Assembly: GCA_964016885.1 (NCBI GenBank)
Contig: OZ024741.1
Span: forward strand, 148,366,001-148,430,000
DNA length: 64,000 bases
Source of the DNA: Eledone cirrhosa
Taxonomy: Eukaryota
Direction: 5' to 3'
The notes below the pieces were generated by a model, which was not told where the DNA came from, made no database searches, and was given only the letters and a program-made list of their open reading frames with translations. A program made the position numbers and the translations under genes. This document shows, one piece after another, positions 13,171-24,541 of this stretch. The first letter of the stretch is position 1. Every line of letters starts with the position of its first letter.

Positions 13171-13284
13171 CGTATTTCCTTGAGGCTGTTTAAATGATAT
13201 ACATACCTTCTGATAAGAGCCCAACTAAGCTTGAAAACCGGTTAAAGGTGTTTATCATTTGTTTTCAATCTACAGGGAAATACG
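13171..13284 (+). ncRNA. Type I hammerhead-like motif (core CUGAUAA, probably impaired)
   Basis: acctt-CTGATAA-gagc ccaactaa gctt-GAAA-accggt-TA-aaggt with palindromic stem III (AACCGGTT). Stem I extends as aaatgata/tatcattt and cgtatttcct/gggaaatacg. Confidence 0.6.
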
Positions 13285-13484
13285 CATATCTGGCATTTTT
13301 ACATGTCTATATATGAAAAATATGTAAATTTATATACATATTTATTTATTTACTTACTGTATAACACATAATTTTATAAAATAAATAATTGTCTCAGAGA
13401 ACGTATGTTTAGAAAGCGGCGAACGGAGTTGGAAAATTGAATTAGAAGATTTCGCCGGGTTGAATAAACATATATCGGTTGCGA

Positions 13485-13526
13485 TCTCGCGAGAAGTAAA
13501 CGAGTGTTTAACGTTACCAAGGTGAC
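13485..13526. promoter_or_regulatory. Candidate promoter: TCTCGCGAGA palindrome + RFX X-box
   Basis: TCTCGCGAGA at 13485-13494 and GTTACCAAGGTGAC at 13513-13526, in a locally CpG-rich unique stretch. Assignment to MYCBPAP is inference. Confidence 0.5.
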
Positions 13527-14017
13527 AAATAAATATAAACATTAACCTCTCTTTCACACGTTGGATTTTTATATCTATACTTTATTTTAGCGGTCGTCAC
13601 TTTCGCTCTCACACACTGTCTCTTTCTGGGGCACTCATCGATACACCGTTTTCAGGTACAACGTCTATTCAAATTTTAATAATAATTATTTGTTTATCCT
13701 CTGTTAAAACCATTATTGAATTTATGTCACACCCATAAGCGTATTGCTTTTATCATTTTTGGAGGTGCAGACGTTCATAATTTTCCGACAAAAAGATTTA
13801 TGCACACCAATCATTATTATGACATCATTATTCATTATTGTAGTGTACACATTTTATTATTTTGTGCGATTAAAATAAACGAGCAAAGTATACAATATTT
13901 TTTGAAAATTTAAGGATTTTCGACAAAACCAAATTTTCTGACAAGTTTTTGGAGGGATGCAGCTGTACCCCTAGCAATACGCCACTGGTCTCACCACATT
14001 TCTAACCATTACATTAT

Positions 14018-14642
14018 TCACCAGCTTGCGCATCGGCGTTTCCTTGAGGCTCGGCCTCCGGATCTGTGAGCCGCACCAATGTCGCTGTGGATCCACCGTG
14101 GACTCTTTCGGCCTCCACCCGCTTTCTTGTCCCCACAGTGCCGGCTGCCTTCCACGCCATGCTGCCCTCAACAAGATCATAAGGCATGGCTTGGACGCTG
14201 CAGGCTACCCTTCCCAGCTCCAGCCGGTAGGGCTGGACCGAGGGGACGGCAAAAGGCCAGATGGAATAACCATCTTCCCGTTCTGCGGTGGCAAACCCCT
14301 TGTCTGGGATGCCACTTGCACCGACACTTTTGCAGCCGCAACCTGGTGCAGTCTGCGACTAACCCAGGTTCTGCTGCACGTCGGGCTGAGGAGGCCAAGC
14401 TCTTCAAGTACCGGTCGCTCTCCGACAGGTTTGCGGTTGTACCCTTGGCAGTGGAGACTTCTGGCGTCCTCCACCCTAGGGCTACCTCCCTACTCACCAC
14501 CATAGGCGCTGAGCTGGCCAGCCGCAGGTCTGAGCCCCCGAGTTGGAATGGCTTTTCCTGCGCGTCTCCCTTGCCGTCCTCCGGGGAAACGCCTTCTCTA
14601 TTCTGTCCGCCGGGGTTGTGGGGAGGCCACCGATATGATTGA
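14018..14642 (+). mobile_element. CRE-clade retrotransposon 3' fragment (zinc knuckle + RLE), relatively intact
   Basis: [35 protein letters not shown]...PRHAALN...[30 protein letters not shown], then after a frameshift [12 protein letters not shown]...PLAVETSG. Confidence 0.9.
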
Positions 14643-15784
14643 CTGACTTGTCATTTTACCACACATTTATGAGACTGAAATCCTTACTAATGTATTTTGG
14701 AACTTGAAAAGAAAATATTTCTCTGTTCTGTGTATACATACATATTATATATATTCACCAGATAAGCTATGATAGAATGGCTTTCGTGGTAGAATGGCTC
14801 TATGTTTGTGCAGTTCCGTCGGCCATTCGGAGGGGAAGGCTAACTGGCAATAATTCTAAAATGGAGTTTAGAAATAATATGTCACATGTTTTTTGTAAAT
14901 CAGAGGGTGCTCAATTGAAGACTAGGGAGACAGTGTTCCCTCTTAGTGACGGGCCCTAGTCGAGGTACCCGTGGTAATATTCGTAAAAATATAACAGCAT
15001 TATCAAATTAGAACATTATACAAACGTGAAATATTTTTATTACACAGAGCATATAAATACATTTATCAAACAAGTATACATTCCTCCTTAACGTACACTT
15101 ACAATTTTTCAAAAGCCCCCCCCCCCCCCACTCCCCCCATAAAAAATAAAATAAAAATAAATAATTATAAATGGCAAGGAACTGCCACTAACTTCACAAG
15201 AAGAGATAACACATGGCACCATCCCATCTCCCTCTTGAAATAACCTGAATCTATTTATAGACAGGTATGACTGAAAAGTCAATCCATACTTCCATTCTAT
15301 TTCACAGAATTAGAAGCTTTGACCACTTAATAGAATTCAGGACCAGTAATGTAATCACTCTGTAATTGTAAACATCTTCTATCACTATCATTCAGGTTTT
15401 GACTTTACTGCAGGCTTGCCCACGTGGATTTTCACACAAACTCACAAGTTCTGATTTTTCTGCAGACTTACCCATGCAAAATATCACAGCCTTAGATTTT
15501 GTACTTCTAACGCTTTTATTTTCCTCCTCTTTCTCTTCCACTGTATTTACCTGCCTCTCACATGACCACATTCATCTCCACGCACTCATAATCTTCTTCC
15601 CCACCCCCCTTCTCCACTTTCTATCCCTCCCTCTCTTCACCCCTTATTTCATCCTCATGCACAGCCCACCTATGTCTTCGTTCAACCCATCGGTGGCCCT
15701 ATGTTTTGATCGAACTATCACTGGCAATTGCCGATTGATAAAGTTGCTACCATTTTAACCTAATCCACTCTAGGTGGCGGAGGC

Positions 15785-18700
15785 ATGCGTCGAATGACCA
15801 AGAGACCTGCTTGGTGGAACGACTATGTTACAACCGGTCAGCCTTCGACCTCTCATTCTCCACCAACTTCGGCATGCACGAGAGGAGCTAACTTGTCCCC
15901 ACCTACCCCTCCTCCTCTTCACCTCAGATGCCAAGCGAATTCAACCGGGCCAACCCCACCACCCCTACAACTGTTAGCCCACCACCCAATCTCCACTCTA
16001 GTTCCACTGTTAGAACCACTGTTGCCTCCTTTACAGACCGTATTCCAATGCTGGCTCTCTACTGCCGGCTGATGCCAGCCCACCACCTGATTGCGCTCTC
16101 TGTACCCGCACTAGCCGGTACTTAAAGACAATTAAATGTCGCTTATGCCACGCAAGCTACCACAGAAGCTGTGTCGGCATCACCAAAGCTCAAGCCGAAA
16201 GGCTTCAATACTGGACCTGTAATCGGTGACACTTCAGCTCCGACGTATCCCTAGGGGATGCCCCACGCTTCGATGACCAACTCTCTACCAAGGACTTTAC
16301 CACAGCCCTCAAGGCCTTCTCCAAATCAAAGCTCGTTAACCAGATCCCTAAGGGAGCTCGGAATAACTTTGCATGTACCCTCTCTAATTTATTGAAAAAT
16401 GTTTACTCGTCCAACAATAGGTCTGACTGGCAGAAATTGTTTTTGTTTCCTCTCATCTCTCTTCACGTGCACAATGCAAATTCGTGTTCCCTCGCGTCCT
16501 CTCCCAAGCGGCAGTTCCAGTTGTTTGAGTCTACCCCAACCACGTTTCACCTCATTTCGACATCGAGCCCGGTGTCCACCAACAGACAACCGATAGACCT
16601 GAAGCAAGCGGTCAATGCCATATTCAGCGAATTTTACATTAAAGGGGCTGTCCATCCCCTCTCTTCTTTGTTCTCCCTCGCTCCGTGCAACTCTGATTCT
16701 CTTGAGCGTCTGAAAGAGAAGCACCCATTGGCACCCAGATGATCAGCTACACTGGCCCGAACCACCAGAATACTCGAGACCAGTTTACACCGCCGATATC
16801 ATCAGAAAGGCGATTTCATCCTTCCCCGCTGGATCAGGCGTGGGAATTGACGACCTTCGTCCTCAACACCTCAAGGATGGTATCTCCTTATCGGCCAGTG
16901 GCGCCGGACTCGAGCTCTTGGTGAATCTGACTCAGTTTGTGAATCAGTTCTCTTCAGTGAATGTTTTCCCGTTCATTCACCCACTGTTCTTCGGTGCGAA
17001 GCTATTTGGTCTCACCAAGCCCAACGGAGACCTGCACCCCATTGCGGTTGGCTGCACCCTTTTCCGCCTCACTGCACCCTTTGCCGCCTCACTGCAAAGG
17101 TGTGTTTGCTGTTGGCCTCCCTCCGACTCACTGGCGGAGGAATTTTCCCCCATCCAGCTGGGGGTGGGTACCAAGTTGGGATGTGAAGCTGCTGTCCACA
17201 CTACCAGAGCTTTTACCAACTTGCCCTCCTCGTCCCCCAACCTCATCCTCAAACTTGACCTCAGGAACGCTTTTAACGCAGTCAGCCGCGACGTCGTCCT
17301 TGGCTCAGTAAGAGAGAGGGTCCCACAACTCTATCACTTTGCTTGGCAGGCTTATCGGGAGCCCTCCTACCTCTCTTTCGGTGACCAAATCATCACCCAC
17401 GCAGCAGGCCCACTGTTTGCACTGGGCATTGATGACGTCACCAAGATGGAGGTTGAGTTGGACCTCAATGTCTGGTACCTCAACGACACTTGTTTGGGGG
17501 GAACTCTGGATATGGTTCTCGCCACTGCCAACAAGATGGTTGAGGAGCTTGGCCGCCGGGGTCTCCAGGTCAATAGCTCTAAATGTGAGCTCTGGATCCT
17601 CAACCATCTGGCTTCTCAACACCAACAGCTAATCGACCTGTTTGCAGAGTCCTTCCCTTCCATCGCGGTCCCTCCCCCGTCGGCTTGGTGCTCCTTAGGA
17701 GCCCCAATCACAGACCTTGCCTTCGAGTCAATCTTCCAATCGAAGATGGTTGGCCTTGAGCAGCTGCTGAAGAATATTGAAGTTATCGAACCCCATCAAG
17801 GTTTCTTCATACTCAGGAACTAGCTTTCTATTCCTAAGCTCCTGTATCTGCTCAGGGTCAGCCCCTCTCACAGATTTCCGTCCTGCCTCCAACGCTTCGA
17901 TGACTTAAACTTTGAGAGACTCGAGTGCCTGGTCAATGTTAGACTCTCTCCAGAGTCCTGTGATCAGGCTGCGTTGCCCAAGCGATTTGGGGATCTTGGT
18001 CTTCATATGTGTTTGTTCCTCTCTCTCCCCTCCTTCCTTTCCTCCACCCATGCTTGCTCCACCCTGGTGAGCAGCATCCTCTCCTCTCCAACATGGACTA
18101 GTTCCAACAGGGAGTTGGGTGAAGCTCTCCAGCAATGGAGTGAGTTGGCCTTGTCTCTTCCTGAAAAGGTGGAGGACAGTCGAAGTCAGAGAACTTGGGA
18201 CAGCATAAGTTCGAAGGCCACCTTTGACTCCCTCTTCGTCCAGTCACATCAGTTTTCAGGATGCCGCTTACTATCTGCCAGTGCCAAATACTCAGGTGAC
18301 TGGGTTGATGCCCTACCCGTGGCCAATGTTGGTGGCCTACTCAGCCTGGACGAACTTCATGTCTCCATCGCCCTCAGAGTGGGAGCTGACGTCTGCATGG
18401 GTTTGAGGTGCCGATGTGGCAAACTCCTCGAATCCACAGGCCTCCACGGTCTTTCTTGCCGCCTGAATGCCAGCCACTTCTTGCGTCACATGGAGCTAAA
18501 CCTCATTCTGAAGAGAGCTTTGGCACGGGCGAACATCGCCTCAATCTTAGAACCATCTGGGTTGTCCAGAACTGACGGCAAAAACCTGATGGCCTTACTC
18601 TGTGCCCCTGGTCGAGAGGCCGGTGCCTTGTCTGGGATGTCACTGTTAGTGACTCTTTTGCCTTTTCCCACTTCCTGGATGCTGTGGTTAGGACGAGAGC

Positions 18701-18956
18701 CACAGCTTCCACAGCCGAGCGGAGTAAGACTCTCAAATACTGTGACCTGTCGGCCAGCTATATTTTTCAGCCTGTGGCTTTCGAGACGTTTGGGGGAGTC
18801 AGGCCGCTCACTGCAAGGTTCTTCTCTTCACTGGCGGCTCGCCTAATAGAGGTAACTGGCGAATCTCACGAGTGCGCTTGGTTGTTCCAGCGCATCAGCA
18901 TCGCCCTCACCCGAGGCAACACTGCGAGTGTGCTGGCTTGCCTCAAAAATCATTAG
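15785..18956 (+). mobile_element. Near full-length CRE-clade non-LTR retrotransposon (PHD finger - RT - zinc knuckle - RLE), disrupted
   Basis: One ancestral ORF broken by stops and frameshifts. PHD at 16092-16229; IPKGAR...W.KLFLF; RT motifs LRPQHLKD, PIAVG, QLGVG, LKLDLRNAFN, VWYLND; CRCG..GLHGLSC...RH.ELN; RTDGK(R)PDG..WDVT; E.SK..KY; PVAFETFG; WLFQRISIALTRGN. Probable 5' UTR from ~15400. Confidence 0.9.
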
Positions 18957-19565
18957 AGAGGTTGCCTGGTACTCCTCGCGATGTTGCTGTCTTTTGCTCT
19001 GGTGTTGGCTCCGTTGTTCACCCCTTTTTTTACATTTTCTTTAATATTGTAACATTAAAAGAATATATCTTTCTGAAATAATCGCGAGCAATTTATGATG
19101 TTATCTAAGCATTTGTAATGTTATTTATGTATATATTTAAAACATATTTGTTATGTTATTCTACTGTCAATTTATTTATACAAACTAGTTAATTTTTTTT
19201 CCAGCTTTTCAAAACTAAACCCAAACTTCGAAGTAGTCAAAATTAAAAACAAATACTTTATAGATTCCATTCACAGTATAATTTATAGATTCATTCTGTA
19301 TATGTTTAGTATATTTATTACACAAAGTGTATATAGATGAAACATCAGGAAAACAGTGCTCACTCTGTTGCAAGAGAGCTTATTTGATATAAACAAAGCT
19401 TCATACACTTAACGTCCGGCTTTCTGTTGCTTTTAATGAGTATCCCAGATCAGTATGACATACCGCTGTGTGTAATTGTGCAGAAGGCAAACAGAAATAA
19501 CAAAGCGAACAGCACAGTAAAATGAAGAAATATATTAGTTTTACATTTTATATAGTAGGAAAATA

Positions 19566-19608
19566 ATCTTAATATTTCGGATTCGGATCCTAGCCCTTCA
19601 TCAGAATA
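19566..19608 (-). ncRNA. Minimal type I hammerhead motif (Penelope-type)
   Basis: Minus strand reads tatt-CTGATGA-ag ggctaggatccgaatc c-GAAA-tat-TA-agat, with palindromic stem III AATATT. Stem I is weak. Confidence 0.5.
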
Positions 19609-19615
19609 TATATAC

Positions 19616-19958
19616 AAAATTAGAATTGGTGCTCTGAAATAGCGATATATATATGAATGTATGTATAGTGTATTTTGCAATACACTGTATGCTTAATTAA
19701 AAGCATTTTGAAGACCATACGCTATTGTTTTAAAATGGTGACAATGTCACTTATTTAAATTTTCAGCAAACAGGGGAGATAAACTGACAGAGCTCTGTTT
19801 CGTACTTTTTGGTACTTATCAAAGTTCACTACTCCTGTTCGCTAAAAATTATGTGTGTTGGATTCTTATAGAATTCCAGTAATAATCAGGAACTGATTAT
19901 ACAGAACGGTCGCCAGTCCAGCAGAAATTGAAAATTAGAATTTGTGCTCTGAAATAGC
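19616..19958 (-). mobile_element. ~315-bp hammerhead-containing element with 28-bp terminal redundancy (retrozyme / Penelope pLTR-like)
   Basis: aaaattagaatt(g/t)gtgctctgaaatagc occurs at 19616 and 19931 (period 315). The element contains the hammerhead at 19760-19847 and is homologous to 52643-53617. Confidence 0.75.
19760..19847 (-). ncRNA. Type I hammerhead ribozyme, variant core UUGAUAA (U3-A8), GUC cleavage triplet
   Basis: Minus strand: tgaact-TTGATAA-gtac caaaaa gtac-GAAA-cagagctctg-TC-agttta. Stem I continues ttttagcgaacagg...cctgtttgctgaaaa. All three helices pair. Confidence 0.8.
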
Positions 19959-20137
19959 CACACCGAGCCCAAGGTAAACCACCCCCTACACACTAACCAC
20001 CCCTACTCCTGCCTCGATTGACTCCTATAGAAACACATACTTGTACATATGTCCATACATAGATACTATTGTTTAAAATTATACATACAGAGATACTTAC
20101 ATGTATGTGTATGTGTGTATATATATATATATATATA

Positions 20138-21420
20138 TCATCATCATCATCTTCATCATCGTTTAACGTCCATCTTCCACGCTTGCATAGGTTTGGACGG
20201 GAGGTTTCCCACTTGAGGCAAGATTTGTTGTCCTGCTCATATAGGACTGTCTGGCGGGTTTTCTACGGCTGGATGCCCTTCCTAACACCAACCACGTTTA
20301 CAGTGTGGACTGGGAAATTTTTACCGTGTTACCTACACGGCCACATTACAGCATGGACTGTGTTTTTTTTTGTTGTGACACCTACACGACCTCATTTGTT
20401 TCGGACTGGATGTTGTGGTACCAACATAACTTCACATTTAAGGGGGTGGTGTGGATGGGGTGGGGTCTATTTTGTTAGAGGTGCCTACTGACTGTAGGTT
20501 TCGCTTTGTACATAGGCAAGGCGGGTCTTCTGTATGACTGTGTAGCGCCAAAGATCTCGGTCCAGTGACATTGTCTTGGAGAGGTGTAAGTGTGTGAGGT
20601 CGGAATTTATCAAGTCATCCCAGGTTTTTCTGGGTCTGCCTACTCCTTGGCTACCGTCTATTTTTATCGCCCTGCATTTTTTTATACAGCTGTCGTCTTT
20701 CATGCGCATCATGTGACCGTACCAACGTAGTCTTCTCTCGAGTAAACAACATCTGATCCCTCTTATTCCTAATTTCTCCCTTAGTTCGTTTATGCTTTGC
20801 CGTTCACGTATATTATTACATATCCAGCGGAGCATGCAAGCTTCGTTTCTCTCCAGTCTGCGTATATCCTCTGCACACAATGCCCAGGTCTCACTGCCAT
20901 GTAACATTGCTGTTCGTATGCAGGCATCATACAGCCTGCCTTTCATTTTTAGAGAGAACCACTTGCTGCTACTTATTGCACCAGAGCACCGGCCACATAT
21001 AAAATCTATATTCTTAGTTAGCTTACCTGTGAGCCCACTACATCTTTTATGCACCCATACTTTGCATTTGGGACATAAAATGGAGTTTCTGCCTACTCCT
21101 TTCCTACACACTGAGCATGGCCATTTCCCAGATGGGACCGGTGCCCTATTTTCCTTCCTACAAACTAGAACTTTATTCTTAGACAAGTTAACTTTAAGGC
21201 CTTTTGATTCTAGGCCATGCTTCCATGTTTGGAATTTCTTCTCTAGTTCAGCCATTGATTCAGCTATGAGCGTTAGATCATCTGCATATAGGAGTTCTCA
21301 TGGGCAGCCGGTTTTGAACTCCTCTGTTATAGCCTGAAGGGCAATAATAAATAGTAGGGGGCTAAGAATGGAGCCCTGATGAACACCAACTTTTACGCTA
21401 AACTCTTCACTATATTCGTT
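20138..21420 (-). mobile_element. RTE-PHD LINE copy A (5'-truncated, in-frame internal deletion, 3' UTR with (GAT)n tail in (TA)n)
   Basis: ORF 20485-21255 is highly similar to 25721-27394 and includes LLYADD and the PHD. Tail catcatcatc abuts (TA)n at ~20138. Confidence 0.92.
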
Positions 21421-23460
21421 GTGAAGATTGGTTGTCTTGCTCAGGACTGTCTGGTGGGTTTTCTACGGCTGGATACCCTTCCTAACACCAACCACGTTTA
21501 CAGTGTGGACTGGGAGGTTTTTACCGTGTTACCAACACGGCCACATTACAGCATGGACTGTGTGTTTTATTGTCGTGACACCTACACGTCTGGCGAGTTT
21601 TCTACGGCTGGGTGCCCTTCCCAACACCAACCACGTTTATAGTGTGTACTGGGAGGTTTTTACCGTGTTACCTACATAGCCACATTACAGCGTGGACTGT
21701 GTGTTTTATTGTCGTGACACCTACACGTCTGGCGGGTTTTCTACGGCTGGGTACCCTTCCCAACACCAACCATGTTTATAGTGTGTACTGGGAGGTTTTT
21801 ACCGTGTTACCTACACGGCCACATTACAGCGTGGACTGTGTGTTTTTTTGTCGTGACACCTACACGACCTCATTTGTTTCGGACTGGATGTTGTGGTACC
21901 AACATAACTTCACAATTAAGGGGGTGGTGTGGATGGGGTGGGGGTAGTGGTATGGGGGTCTATTTTGTTAGAGGTGTCTACTGACTGTAGGTTTCGCTTT
22001 GTACTTAGGCAAAGCGAGTCTTCTGTATAACTGTGTAGCGCCAAAGATCTCGGTCCAGTGACATTGTCTTGGAGAGGTGTAAGTGTGTGAGGTCGGAATT
22101 TATCAAGTCGTCCCAGGTTTTTCTGGGTCTGCCTACTCCGTGGCTACCGTCTATTTTTATCGCCCTGCACTTTTTTTTTTTTTTTTTTTATACAGCTGTC
22201 GTCTTTCATGCGCATCACGTGACCGTACCAACATAGTCTTCTCTCGAGTAAACAACATCTGATCCCTCTTATTCCTAATTTCTCCCTTAGTTCGTTTATG
22301 CTTTGCCGTTCACGTATATTACTATTACACATCCAGCGGAGCATGCAAGCTTCGTTTCTCTCCAGTCTGCATATATCCTCTGCACACAATGCCCAGGTCT
22401 CACTGCCATGTAACATTGCTGTTCGTATGCAGGCATCATACAGCCTGCCTTTCATTTTTTTCATCCCGTTCTGACTCTAGCTACTGTACTTTCAGAGCAC
22501 CCTCCCCCACTGCTGATTTTGTCACCCAGGTAATGGAAGCTGTCCACTATTTCTATAGAACCATCTGTGCAATGGAATGAGCTAGTATTCTGTGGACACT
22601 TGCTGCTACTTATTGCACCAGAGCACCGGCCACATATAAAATCTATATTCTTAGTTAGCTTACCTGTGATCCCACTACATCTTTTATGCACCCATACTTT
22701 GCATTTGGGACATAAAATGGAGTTTCTGCCTACTCTTTTCCTACACACTGAGCATGGCCATTTCCCAGATGGGACCGGTGCCCTATTTTCCTTCCTACAA
22801 ACTAGAACTTTAGTCTTAGACAAGTTAACTTTAAGGCCTTTTGATTCTAGGCCATGCTTCCGTGTTTGGAATTTCTTCTCTAGTTCAGCCATTGATTCAG
22901 CTATGAGCGTTAGATCATCTGCGTATAGGAGTTCCCATGGGCAGCCAGTCTTGAACTCCTCTGTTATAGCCTGAAGGGCAATAATAAATAGTAGGGTGCT
23001 AAGGACGGAGCCCTGATGAACACCAACTTTTAAGCTAAACTATTCACTATCTTCGTTGTTAATTCTAACCTTGCTGACTGTTTCTTTATACATGGCTTGT
23101 ATAGCTCTCACAAGCCATTCATCAACACCTAGTTTTCTAAGCGCCCACCAGATAATGGAGCAGGGGACTCTGTCAAAGGCTTTCTCCAAGTCAACAAAAG
23201 CTAAGTATAAGGGTTTACTTTTAGCTAGGTACTTCTCTTGTAGTTGTCATACAATGAAAAGAGCGTCTGTGGTACTTTTACCTGACACAAACCCGAACTG
23301 CATTTCATCTAGATCAATTCGTTCTCTGATTAGTTGCGCTATTACTTTTTCTGTGACCTTCATGACCTGGTCGATTAATTTAATGCCTCTATAGTTACCC
23401 CTATCAAGAGCATCTCCTTTACCCTTGTAGCAGTTAATGATGATGCTGCTACGCCAGTCC
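21421..23460 (-). mobile_element. RTE-PHD LINE copy B (5'-truncated, disrupted; 3' UTR has three ~139-bp tandem units)
   Basis: DWRSSIIINCYKGKGDALDRGNYRGIKL...QFGF, RT and PHD motifs. UTR units start near 21454, 21593 and 21731. The 5' end abuts (TA)n at 23461. Confidence 0.92.
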
Positions 23461-23516
23461 TTATATATATATATATGTATGTATATATATATGTGTGTGT
23501 GTATATAATGTGTGTA

Positions 23517-23569
<53 letters not shown>

Positions 23570-24295
23570 GGAATGCACCTGAGCCTGTGTTTGTGTGTGT
23601 GTGCTTGCAACGATGTGCATTGATATACACACATATGTACTTTATGCCGAAATAGGAACTGTAGTCCTTTGCATTTCCGGATTTTGACACTCAGGTTTTT
23701 GGTGTTTTACACTCCACTTTTATCTCGTTTGCTCTTAAAACGCACCACTCGATGATAGTGTAAGAATTGTAACTCTTTACACTTCTCGATTCTGACACAC
23801 AGGTTTTTTTACTTCAGTTAATATTTTTCAAATCTTTCAAATTTTGATATTGGTTGTAACACACATGCATTTTTTATTTTTTCTTTGTTTGGCACCCCAA
23901 CCATGTGAATTGGTGGCAGGATAGATGCCAACACAGACACACAAATTCTTCTGAACATAGCAGCAGCACACTAAAGCTGACCTGCCAGCTGACCCCTTTA
24001 CACCACTACCGCTACCAACACAATGGAGGAGCTCAGCTGTACTTAAACAAAAACTACTACAACAGATTGTCTTGCCTCAGAAAAATTTCTATAGACTTTT
24101 GACTGAGGAATGTTCTCACAACTGACCAATGGGATGCGAGCGTGTCCTATGATGCTGAAATTCGTTTGCTCTAACTCATATGATTCCAGTTCATAAGAGA
24201 AATAACAACACTACCAGGAGCTGGATATATCGATGGATTGACGGTGTAAAACACACTTCAACAACATGTGTACCTGTCTTTCCCACACCAATTCG

Positions 24296-24351
24296 GACTG
24301 CCTGAAGAAGTCACAGCCAATGATGGCTGTCACCGAAATATATATAACAGT
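24296..24351 (+). ncRNA. Minimal type I hammerhead motif, canonical-type core CUGAAGA
   Basis: actg c-CTGAAGA-ag tc acagcca atga tggctgt ca cc-GAAA-tatata-TA-a cagt. 7-bp perfect stem II, palindromic stem III, 4-bp stem I. Confidence 0.62.
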
Positions 24352-24541
24352 ATATCTATAATTTGTAATAACCGCAGCCAAATTTTACATATTTGACTTA
24401 ATTATTTTATATATATATATATATATTTGTACTTGATTCGCTTGAATTTGCATTCCTTATTGAGATGAAGTTCCAAGATTATTATTTTAAACTGATGATT
24501 TTTTGTTACTTTTCTGTCTGTTCCAGCCAGTCTCCATATTC

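Noticed and set aside
14777-14959. 60-aa ORF downstream of the candidate promoter
   Set aside because: No recognisable homology. It could be part of a 5' UTR exon, but coding cannot be supported.
15785-15832. MRRMTKRPAWWNDYV resembles the basic R..R.P..L.DYV tail of LTR integrases
   Set aside because: Short motif with no integrase or LTRs nearby; it fits the start of the CRE-like ORF.
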